Source: Octopus bimaculoides (Eukaryota). From it: a stretch of 64,000 nt of DNA. The translations under genes and the position numbers were made by a program. The stretch spans positions 27,208,599 to 27,272,598 of the forward strand of contig NC_069001.1 of assembly GCF_001194135.2 (NCBI RefSeq), written 5' to 3'. Below are positions 41,581 through 53,048 of this stretch, one piece after another. Under the pieces are notes generated by a model, which was not told where the DNA came from, did no database searches, and worked only from the letters and a program-made list of their open reading frames with translations. How positions within the stretch are numbered: position 1 is the stretch's first letter; the number at the start of each line of letters is the position of its first letter.

Positions 41581-43095
41581 TAATTAGTAACATTCAGAGT
41601 TAAAGAATGGACACCCACTTAACATATGAAAATATATAACATTGATGTGAATGTCCAAAGGAAATACGGTTATAAACGAACAGTTTACATCCTCAATGAG
41701 CTACCAATATCATTAGCTTTTACAATTTATTTTATTTTTGTTATGAACAACATGTGTGTCATCTTTGGGATACGTATTTTAAAAAAATGTAAGCACGTAT
41801 ACACTGGGAAAAAACTCTGATCTATGTCAAGGAATTCAGCGACCGTGGTCGTGTCACTAACTCTTCACATGTACTGAAAGACATGAGTGAGTTAATGTGC
41901 TCATATAATTAGGTTTATAGTGTTAAGTTTTATAAAATGAGGAAACATACTGAAATAATTAAAAAATGGCTAAAAGATATATTAAAATTAAATCTATAAA
42001 TACGAAAAACTGGTTGCATTTATAGAGGCAGGACATAAAACAGGGTCAAACTGAATTAAATTATAGACGTTCTAATTTACCAAGATTATACAAATTAGCT
42101 AGAATGATTCAAACTTCTATTGAAATCTCTCGTACATCATTAATCTGTAGCAATTATGATCTATGTATTCCCTTATACTAATTTATTTATTTATTAGAAG
42201 GGGAAAATTTGTCCAATCCTGCTTGGTAGTTATGGTTGTTGATAGCATAATGCAGACGGAAATTTCTTATAAATGTTAAATTTTATTTACGAGTACAGCG
42301 CAATCTCTGAAAATATTCGATTATATGATAAGGTTTTATTTCCATTTATAATGAGGAGTGTTATTAGGGAGAAGAAATGTGTGAGAATGTAACTAAATTA
42401 TTCGTCAGCAAATTCTTCTCTTTTACTTCTTGTATTTGTACCGCGTAAGCTTTCTCATTCTAAAGACAAATGAAAGGAAATTTGGATACAGTGACAGGTC
42501 ATTTTCATAGTATGTTCTTTTGATGTTTAGCAATGCAAGAGCACTGCCCTCTTAAGACACGGGCACACTAGGCTCAGGGGCCTCAGAGATATACGCGCCT
42601 AAATTGGATCTATGTATGCTGTGGCTTGTTGACAACTGAATAATAAGGTTCATTGGGAAGGACCTCGACAAAGTTTACGTCTACAAAATTCACACGCAAG
42701 ATATTGGTCAACCAGGGCTTTAGAAGGAGACATTTTAACAAGTGCCACCCACTAGGACTGAACCCGAAAACACGTAGTGGCGAAGTAGACGTCTCTACTA
42801 CACCGCCACACCGACGTCTATGTCTATGCATAAATGTGTTTATATATATANNNNNNNNNNNNNNNNNNNNNNNNNNNNNNNNNNNNNNNNNNNNNNNNNN
42901 NNNNNNNNNNNNNNNNNNNNNNNNNNNNNNNNNNNNNNNNNNNNNNNNNNNNNNNNNNNNNNNNNNNNNNNNNNNNNNNNNNNNNNNNNNNNNNNNNNNN
43001 NNNNNNNNNNNNNNNNNNNNNNNNNNNNNNNNNNNNNNNNNNNNNNNNNNNNNNNNNNNNNNNNNNNNNNNNNNNNNNNNNNNNNNNNNNNNNNN

Positions 43096-43160
<65 letters not shown>

Positions 43161-44323
43161 ATATGTACATATTGTGTATGTTTGTGTGCGAATATGGGTG
43201 CGTGTATGAATGCATGTATGTATACTTTTTATGTGCTATTTGACGGAAGAAAAATCTATATTTGTATATTAGGAGCTAATATACAGCCTGTACTGTACAA
43301 AATAACTTTTTCCAGAAAACATACGAAATATATAATAAAAATGAGCTATATTAAATAAAAAAAGAAATATATAAGGCAATAGCCGAATAAGAATACGTAT
43401 ATACAAAACATGATTGTTAGTAATTCCCAAGAAGATAATAATTTTTTTGTCCAAAAAATATATTTATAAGAAAAATATTATCAACGCTGCTAGATAAAGA
43501 CAAGAATAGAATTATATTAAGAAAATATAATGTTGAATATTCTTTAATTTTCCTTTTTCCTTATGATGGAATGATATCAAAACTTCTTATACATCTAAAC
43601 ACTTATGCATACAAAAGCAACTGGAGGTAAATGTCATTTTATTTCCCCAAAAACTTGAATGCGTCTACATTTTTTTATAATGTTTTCTATAAAATAAAAT
43701 GATTCGTCGGTATTTTTTCTAAAGCAAAGAAATAATGCAGAATATTCAAATATGATAAAAAAAAAAACAGAAATACAAGAGAAAAAAACACACAAAATGA
43801 TTTGGAATGGATCCATGTACTTCGCCAGTTTAGCTGTCCTTATTGTTCTTTGAAATGACATTACAAGGCAGACAAATCAATGTATAAATTATTTTCATAA
43901 TCTGAATCATAATAGTAATGAAAGAAAAGATGTAACATCAGAGACAACGTATGTTCTGCTTATAGAGGGAACTTCTAAGAAAGCGTTGTGTATGAATCTG
44001 TGAAAGTAAATATCAAGGCTACATACGTACACATAGTGACGCGAATCCACGCTCACAAACACATATTTAATATATGTGTGCGTTTGTGTTTGTGTGTGTG
44101 TGCGTGCGTAGCTCTATCTCCTTCTTCTCCTTTCTCTCTCTATATATTTATATATGTGTGTATATACATATCTAAAAATAAGATCCAAGGATGAAGTTAG
44201 TGAGCTCAAGCAGTCCGTAGAAAATATGAAAAAAAAACCCCTATTTTCAGGAACAATAGAGGTTTATTGGCGCAAAGAGGTTGTGAATTGGTTCCCTACT
44301 TAATCACGATAAGCTGAAAAGAA

Positions 44324-44371
44324 TTAATCTTATAGTTAATCTTATAGTTAATCTTATAGTTAATCTTATAG
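44324..44371. repeat. (TTAATCTTATAG)x4 perfect tandem repeat
   Basis: Four exact copies are visible. Confidence 0.95.
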
Positions 44372-44874
44372 TTCATGGTTAGCAACTGAAGTTGTTGCAT
44401 ATGAGAATAAGCATTCAAAAATTAAGGAATGGAGTAGATAAAATTCAGGCTACATATATTTCATAGATAGCAAATTCTCAGATGTAAATTATCCAAACGA
44501 GGGTTAGACCGCAAGGACAATTTGATAACATGAAGTTAGCATCGTCGTTACGAGATCCCGCGTTAACTCGTTAGGAATTCGACCGAATCCCCAACGAGTT
44601 AACATGGCCGCAGTCTAATGACAGAAACAAGTAAAATTTAAAAAGATAGAAAGCGAATATAATACGATCAGTATAAAAACAACACACACGCATGTATAGA
44701 GATTGGTGCAAGCTAGGTTGTGTGGGAAAAAGGTTGGTTCACAGCGACGTGTCTCCAGTCTCAGACGCAGTTCATGTCTTTTGGGGTGTGTTTTGGGAGT
44801 TCTACATCTCTGGGCCGAGCAAAGCCTTTTTAGTGAAAATATTGGATGAAAACTGATACAAGCCAGTCATGTAC

Positions 44875-44917
<43 letters not shown>

Positions 44918-45368
44918 GACGTTATTTTTGTGTTGGTGCGTACATTCTTGCGCTTGTGTGTGTGTGTCTATATATATATAGGTGTTGGTGTTTTAAACGA
45001 ATTGGCAATGAAAAAGATTTCATTCTACTATACACATGAAATCACTATCTATTTCCTCGCGNNNNNNNNNNNNNNNNNNNNNNNNNNNNNNNNNNNNNNN
45101 NNNNNNNNNNNNNNNNNNNNNNNNNNNNNNNNNNNNNNNNNNNNNNNNNNNNNNNNNNNNNNNNNNNNNNNNNNNNNNNNNNNNNNNNNNNNNNNNNNNN
45201 NNNNNNNNNNNNNNNNNNNNNNNNNNNNNNNNNNNNNNNNNNNNNNNNNNNNNNNNNNNNNNNNNNNNNNNNNNNNNNNNNNNNNNNNNNNNNNNNNNNN
45301 NNNNNNTATATATATACGTGTGTGTGTGATAGAGAAGGAGAGGAAGAAAGAAAATGTGTGTATGTATG

Positions 45369-45408
<40 letters not shown>

Positions 45409-46027
45409 TACTACAAGAGGGAAAGTGGGGATGAAAGTCATTTCTTATCATTTTGCCATCCTCTTTGTTGTCACTATCCTATATGAATATAATGACGTGT
45501 TTTTATCTAGTCAGGCTATAAACAAAAACTAGCATTTAACAGTTTCATTTTCTTCGAGAATGTCTCCTAGTCGTTTATTTTATCACTAAATACATACAAA
45601 TACATTTGTATGAACAGTGTGCAATACAGACAGCGTCTTTTATTTCTTATCTTTTTAATGATATAGTGAGCTGTTATATTCCTTTCTAGAATATTACTAT
45701 TTGATTATTCACTTATTTCTACTTAGACAATTTCTAAGATTTAGTATTGTCAAAATATTTGGTTTTTTCCTCGATCTCCGTTTTTGGCAAATTTTGTGAG
45801 ATGAAAATATATGAAATATATGCATATATTCCTAGTAGTGAAATATATATATTTGCTGACTTAGTATGGAGACACCTGTGTTTGACAAGTGGGAATATAT
45901 TTCTTTGTACAATAATTAGTAATGCACTCAGTTTAGAGTTTTAGAAAAGGAAGGATACAAGGAAAATTTTAAGTTTTAATTAAAAATAATTAGCTGAAAA
46001 AATAGGACGAGTTACCATCATTGTCAC

Positions 46028-46269
46028 TTCTTATTTCTTCATTGCCCACAAGGGGCTAAACATAGAGGGGACAAACAAGGACAGGACAGACAAACTGATA
46101 AAGTCGATTATATCGACCCCAGTGCGTAAATGGTACTTCATTTATCGACCACGAAAGGATGAAAGGCAAAGTCGACCCCAGCGGAATTTGAACTCAGAAC
46201 GTAGCAGCAGACGAAATACCTAAAAGCATTTCGCCCGGCGTGCTAACGTTTCTGCCAGCTCATCGCCTT
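46028..46269 (-). mobile_element. SINE family A, young subfamily, with a probable 16-bp TSD
   Basis: Similar to 21621-21857. Flanks are catcattgtcacttct (46016-46031) and catccttgtcatttct (46278-46293). Confidence 0.9.
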
Positions 46270-46611
46270 AAAAGTGACATCCTTGTCATTTCTACGAGTA
46301 TATAGCTACTGACTGTGGATAAGCTGGGGTCTGTATTGGAGGGAAGGCTCTTAATAAAAAAATATAAAGGGAAGCCTTTACGTTGTTAAAACTCTGAAGC
46401 ATGTTTGTTGAAGGCAGACACATTCGGTGTATTTTTGTAAAGGCATTGACGTATTAGGTGTCATGAACGCTGTTTATTTCCTTTTCACGTACTGAGACAA
46501 TAAATGATTCATTTACAAAACAAAATAAATTCGTATACCTCGTTCCTTTTTGGTGTCCAGAATTGTTATAAATAGAAATATACGACAGTGTTAGAATAAC
46601 AAATAATGGTT

Positions 46612-46800
46612 CGGCAGTGAGCTGGCTGCACCGTTATCACACCGGTTAGAATGCTTAGCGGCGTTGACGTTCTGAGTTCAAATTCGACTGAGGACAATTT
46701 TACTTTTATCCATTTAGGGTCGGTAAAATAAATACTAGTTGAGAACTGGGATCGATGTAATCGACTTAACCCTCCCCTGCGCAAAAATTTGAAACCAATG
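46612..46800 (+). mobile_element. SINE family A, diverged
   Basis: ggcagtgagctggc head, gttctgagttcaaattc and gatcgatgtaatcgacttaaccc. Confidence 0.8.
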
Positions 46801-46846
46801 TTAAATAACGGTCTTTAATTATAGCTTTTATGTTTTCATGTACATA

Positions 46847-47011
46847 GGCGTAGGAGTGGATGTGTGGTAAGTAAGTTGCTTACGAACCACATGGTTCCGG
46901 GTTCAGTCCCACAGCGTGGCACCTTGGGCAAATGTCTTCTACTATAGCCTCGGGCCGACCAAAGCCTTGTGAATGGATTTGGTAGACGGGAACTGAAAGA
47001 AGCCTGTCGTA

Positions 47012-47045
<34 letters not shown>

Positions 47046-47171
47046 NNNNNNNNNNNNNNNNNNNNNNNNNNNNNNNNNNNNNNNNNNNNNNNNNNNNNNN
47101 NNNNNNNNNNNNNNNNNNNNNNNNNNNNNNNNNNNNNNNNNNNNNNNNNNNTTTAGAAGAGTGGTATATAT

Positions 47172-47213
<42 letters not shown>

Positions 47214-47450
47214 TTAGAAGAGTGGTATATATACACACATATATATATATGTGTGTGTGTGTTTGTGTTTGTGTGTCTGTTTGTCCTCCCCCCCCCAACA
47301 TTGCTTGACAACCGATGTTGTTGTGTTTACGTCCCCGTAACTTAGCAGTTCGGCAAAATTGACCGATAGAATAAGTACTAGGGGTCGATTTGCTCTAATA
47401 AAGGCGGTGCTCTAGCATGGCTAGTCAAATGCCTGAAACAAGTAAAAAGA
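46847..47450 (+). mobile_element. Full-length SINE family B with a gap in its central microsatellite
   Basis: Head ggcgtaggagtggatgtgtggtaag and tail aaggcggtgctctagcatgg..tgaaacaagtaaaaaga. Confidence 0.9.
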
Positions 47451-48448
47451 GTATATATATGCTTATAGATCTTTGGATGTGTGTGTACCCAAGTGACAAT
47501 GAGTCCATGACCAATTTTGACAATGAGTATTCAATTACTTAGTTAAATAAAAGATCTGTTGAATTGACATATGGAGGGCATGCGTATTCAAGACACTACC
47601 TCCTCGCACTATTTGCACGGATTCCCTTTACTCTCTGTTACCATCTTTTACTGGACATCATATTTAGTAGGTCACAAGTCTGCTACCTCTTTCTTTTGTA
47701 AGCTCTCACAAAAGAACTTCTCTAATGATTTCGTATTTACCTCTCTAGTAATGACTTGTTAATTCATGTTCTTTAGTGATGTATGATACTGAACGAAGGC
47801 TCCCATGAGGATACATACTGAAAATACCTCACGGAGTGAGAACCGTGCTCTACATAGTAACGGGTTGCCTTTTGGCAAGGCATAGCACCCATTTAGTAAT
47901 CCTGCCAGGGATTCGGAGAAATCGTGGGACTACTGCATCACGGATTGTGAAGAGGCAGCGGAAGCGCTCAACTGAGCCAACGGTGCTCTTACATCGATGC
48001 TGAGCGGAGTGAGTAATGCTCGAAAATCAACGGTCAGGATCACAAATCTCTATCAAGGGTGTCACTGAAACGCACCTATGGGGTCGCCGTCGATAGTTGT
48101 ATGATCAGCTATTGAAAAATTTATTATGATTCGAGTTCTATTTTCATACACCAGTGAACGCTTAAAGTAATTCCCAGAGAGAAATGGAGATATATGGGTT
48201 GAAAGATTGACATTTTGAATTACATGTGTAATCGAACTTTAGGCCATCCAAACAGTTTCCATCTAAACAATTTCTCTCTCGGCACTGAATTCTTCCGAGG
48301 CTACTGTAAAAACACTCGGCTCAATCATGAATTTCTTTTATCGGTCATATAACGGCTAGAATGATCTATGAGCGTTCATCTTCTAAAAAGCTCTGCTTTT
48401 CTACCAAGAACTGTGACTCTTTCTGCTAAACCATATATGTTCTGTTGG

Positions 48449-48454
<6 letters not shown>

Positions 48455-48524
<70 letters not shown>
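48455..48524. repeat. (CT)35 tract ending 36 nt upstream of the S2 exon
   Basis: Directly visible. Confidence 0.95.
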
Positions 48525-48528
<4 letters not shown>

Positions 48529-48560
48529 TTATTGTACATTATTCAAATATATTTTTTCAG

Positions 48561-48786
48561 GATTCTGATGTCCCAACATATAAAAAAATGGCAAACTTTA
48601 TGCAAAGTACCACACCGTCTGTTTACGTCTCCTCTTCGCGAGAGGCAGTGCAGCGAGTTCTCAAAGAAAATTACGCTTATCTTGGAGAATCAACATCAAT
48701 TGATTACCAGGTGCAAAGAAACTGCCAGCTTATGCAAGTTGGCGGTTTGCTGGATTCCAAAGGATACGGAATAGCCACTCCAAGGG
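48561..48786 (+). CDS. Kainate-like iGluR, internal exon: S2 lobe of the ligand-binding domain
   Basis: Acceptor attttttcag|GAT (phase 0, matches the previous donor) and donor AGGG|gtaagt (phase 1). Translates DSDVPTYKKMANFMQSTTPSVYVSSSREAVQRVLKENYAYLGESTSIDYQVQRNCQLMQVGGLLDSKGYGIATPR(G), similar to GluK2 ESTTIEF..QRNCNLTQIGGLIDSKGYG. Confidence 0.97.
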
Positions 48787-49049
48787 GTAAGTTACACAGT
48801 TTCTGGTCTTACTTTACAAACTACTCTTCCTCTTCGCCTTCCATTTCTGTGTTAATAATAAAAACAGTAACGAGAATTGAGATTTAGACAAGTAAAGAAC
48901 GACAGCAATTAGTGGACAGCGTAATCGCAGGCAAATTTATTTACATCACTTTAGAATTCCTGTTTCTAACGCTATGAAATTGTACAATATTTAACTGTGG
49001 CTCATTTATACACGCACGAACACACACACATACTTACAAACATACATTG

Positions 49050-49402
49050 TTGGCATTCCGTCGCTTACGACGACGAGGGTTCCAGTTGATCCGATCAACG
49101 GAACAGCCTGCTCGTGAAATTAACATGCAAGTGGCTGAGCACTCCACAGACACGTGTACCCTTAACGTAGTTCTCGGGGATATTCAGCGTGACAGAGTGT
49201 GACAAGGTGGGCCCCTTTGAAATACAGGTACAACAGAAACAGGAAGAAAGAGTGAGAGAAAGGTGTGGCGAAAGAGTACAGCAGGGTTCGCCACCATCCC
49301 CTGCCGGAGCTTCGTGGAGCTCACAATGCCCGGTCTGGGAATCGAAACCGCGATCCTATGACCACGTGTCCACTGCCCTATCCACTGGGCCATTGCGTCA
49401 CC
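49050..49402 (-). mobile_element. tRNA-derived SINE family D
   Basis: Highly similar to 60182-60560. Minus-strand head has A box (tggcccagtgg) and B box (ggtttcgattcc). Confidence 0.9.
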
Positions 49403-49407
49403 AACAA

Positions 49408-49440
<33 letters not shown>

Positions 49441-50910
49441 CTGCAAGTAGATACTTTATGCATCAGTTGATGTAAACCTCACTCACTGCAAACGAAGCGA
49501 AACTATCTAGAAAGGCTATAGCTACTCATTTGCTTCGTTTATACGAAAATCAGACGGATATTCACAAAGAACCGTTTTGGGTTTCCTGTCTTACGTCGTA
49601 TCAAAGGTTATGGCCCTCAAGGAATTTCATCCAAATTAATCAAATAAGGTTGCCGTTTATTTAATTACATACCTGTTATTGCCAGCCAATTAGTATTTGA
49701 ATTAACACAATTTTTATGAATAATTAAAGTGTTACAAAATTACATTAGCATATTGATTCAAAAATGAACAGAATAAAAATTAAAGAATATATAGGTAAAT
49801 TAAAATATTAAACAATTACATTGCGGAGGAAATTTATTAGCAATTAGAAATACGTCACTGAATTGTGAAATATTTAATAGTAGTTTTGCAACCTTGTCAC
49901 TGATGCAATTATACTGCATTTGAGATGGTTCGTTGAAGGATATTGTCCACGATGTAACAGCTGACATTTGTTACTTGCAACACTAACCCATAATACCAGC
50001 TTTGCATCTCCCTTCTTTAATCCTCAAATGGAAATAAAGTTTTATATGACTTTCATTTAAGTTCGATGCAACGAATAGTTGATACAAAAATAAAATGAAA
50101 ATTATGTCACTTTACTGTCTTTTTTGAGACGTCTTCGCTTTTGTAATTCAACCCGTCTCAGTATAATAATAAGATATGGGAATCTAGCCAGTCATCTATA
50201 CCACCTCTGAAACTATCCTACTATTTAATTAGTAAATATATTTATCTATAAAATTATTATTTTCGGATTGCCCCAGGGACAAGTTTACGTCAGAGCGATA
50301 AAATATTCACTGTTCATATTAGACAATTGTAAAAAGAAACAATCATATAGTCAATATAACATTTATTTCTGTTTCTTAAATGCGTAGATATGATATTTCT
50401 ATTGTGAAATTTTAAAATTTCAATAAGGTCTCATTTCAAGTCACTTTCTAAAGAAGTATTTTTCCGATATATTTCTCTAATTCTAATTTACATAGATGTC
50501 AAAAAATATAATTAAAACAATAAATATATAGATTATAATTTACTATCATATCTTTATATATACCTGCTTGTTCCTTTCTGTAATTACAATAAAAATTGGT
50601 GAAAGTAATCAATAAATAAAAGAATAATGGTATAAATTATCCTAATTTATCAGGTATTAATCATTTACGAATTTCTATTGTATTTAAAATTTTATTTCTT
50701 TCGAGACTATATACATTTCAGCACTTTCGACAGTAATCTCGCTCCATCATTCTTGATGTAGTAAGCCTCCTTTAGATACAAACTCCTATTTTGGTGAAAA
50801 GTTGTCAGTTACGTTATTCTAGTGTATAATATAGTTTAGCCAAGATTAACGCTTTTGCTTTTGGTAGGTTGCTTAATAAGTATTTTTTTGTTTTGTTATA
50901 TTTTAAATAG

Positions 50911-51176
50911 GATCTCCTTATCGGGATATGATCTCGGAGCAAATATTACTACTCCAAGAAAGACAAGAAATTAGCAAGCTTTACACCAAATGGTGGAAAG
51001 AAAAAGCAGCTAATAAGTGTGATAATGAGTCCAAAGGGAAGCAAAACGCGAACGAGCTAGGCCTTCAGAACGTTGGGGGTGTTTTCGTGGTGCTTATGGC
51101 CGGAGTGGTCGCTGGCACAATTATGGCAATTTTTGAATTCTTGTGGAAGTCATGGAGAAATTCCAGAATTGACAAG
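50911..51176 (+). CDS. Kainate-like iGluR, internal exon: end of S2, M4 helix and start of the cytoplasmic tail
   Basis: Acceptor ttttaaatag|GA (phase 1, matches the previous donor) and donor AAG|gtaaga (phase 0). Translates (G)SPYRDMISEQILLLQERQEISKLYTKWWKEKAANKCDNESKGKQNANELGLQNVGGVFVVLMAGVVAGTIMAIFEFLWKSWRNSRIDK. GSPYRD and LG.QN.GG.F.VL are kainate-type. Confidence 0.97.
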
Positions 51177-51228
51177 GTAAGAGTTTGTTAAAGACTAATT
51201 AATTTTTTTGTGATGTTGATGATTACGA

Positions 51229-51288
<60 letters not shown>

Positions 51289-52096
51289 ATATCGTGGGGC
51301 TAGATTTTTGATTGACATTGTTACATTGAGTGACGGTATATGATCTCATTCGCGGTTAACGTGGTGTATGTAGGAATATTAGTGTTAATAAAAGCATTAC
51401 CTGCAATGGGAACCAATACTTTTGATAATTGATCAGAAATATTTATGAAATAACTAGTATAGAAAGAAAGGCAAATATCTCATTATTTACATATCACTGA
51501 ATGCATATGTATTGTTAGAACATTCTACATAGCATATAAGGTACACGGTATATTTTCCTTATTTGTTTTCGTTTAAGTAACGAAAGGTGTATTATTGTAA
51601 CTGGGATGTCACAAAAAATGTGAAACTTTAGTTTTCTAACGTAGCACATTACGTAGCACGTAGTCAAAATATAATAAGAGGGAAATAGGACGTATTTTCG
51701 TAAAACCCTGATGTTTGGTTGTAATAAATTTTTTCCTCACTTCTCTCGTCTTCTGCCTACAGTATTACAATCGCAAATCAGTTTGGTTTAGAGTGTAACG
51801 TGAGGAGTTAAAATGCATGTTATATATTAGTGTGGGGGAACTCCGTTTTTAGCTTCTCCATAGGATACGAACGTTTCGTCCTGGCCACAGTCGTTACAAT
51901 GTTAACCAGAGGATGCTACTGCAGAAGCCGACAGTTCAATAGCACATTCAGGTTGCATATTAGTAACTATCAGCATACCTAAACTCAACTATGTTATAAA
52001 TAGCTAAATATATAATACGTTTTTCTTCTAAATACATACGAACGTATGCACAAACACGCATATACATATCTATATATGACTATATAGCTATATAAC

Positions 52097-52149
<53 letters not shown>

Positions 52150-53008
52150 NNNNNNNNNNNNNNNNNNNNNNNNNNNNNNNNNNNNNNNNNNNNNNNNNNN
52201 NNNNNNNNNNNNNNNNNNNNNNNNNNNNNNNNNNNNNNNNNNNNNNNNNNNNNNNNNNNNNNNNNNNNNNNNNNNNNNNNNNNNNNNNNNNNNNNNNNNN
52301 NNNNNNNNNNNNNNNNNNNNNNNNNNNNNNNNNNNNNNNNNNNNNNNNNNNNNNNNNNNNNNNNNNNNNNNNNNNNNNNNNNNNNNNNNNNNNNNNNNNN
52401 NNNNNNNNNNNNNNNNNNNNNNNNNNNNNNNNNNNNNNNNNNNNNNNNNNNNNNNNNNNNNNNNNNNNNNNNNNNNNNNNNNNNNNNNNNNNNNNNNNNN
52501 NNNNNNNNNNNNNNNNNNNNNNNNNNNNNNNNNNNNNNNNNNNNNNNNNNNNNNNNNNNNNNNNNNNNNNNNNNNNNNNNNNNNNNNNNNNNNNNNNNNN
52601 NNNNNNNNNNNNNNNNNNNNNNNNNNNNNNNNNNNNNNNNNNNNNNNNNNNNNNNNNNNNNNNNNNNNNNNNNNNNNNNNNNNNNNNNNNNNNNNNNNNN
52701 NNNNNNNNNNNNNNNNNNNNNNNNNNNNNNNNNNNNNNNNNNNNNNNNNNNNNNNNNNNNNNNNNNNNNNNNNNNNNNNNNNNNNNNNNNNNNNNNNNNN
52801 NNNNNNNNNNNNNNNNNNNNNNNNNNNNNNNNNNNNNNNNNNNNNNNNNNNNNNNNNNNNNNNNNNNNNNNNNNNNNNNNNATATATATATATATATACT
52901 ATTGGGGTAAGCCGCTTTATGGGGCAACCCGGCCTATGGTACTATAATATTAACTGCTTTACGTATTAGAGTGTGCTTTTCCTCCCGATTTATGTATTTC
53001 TACAACCG

Positions 53009-53048
<40 letters not shown>

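Noticed and set aside
47152-47250. Duplicated tttagaagagtggtatatatacacaca next to a gap
   Set aside because: It lies inside a SINE microsatellite at a contig edge and is probably slippage or an assembly artefact.
48787-50910. Possible flip/flop-like duplicated exon
   Set aside because: No second SPxR...KWW-coding segment is visible in this intron. The exon structure is kainate-like.
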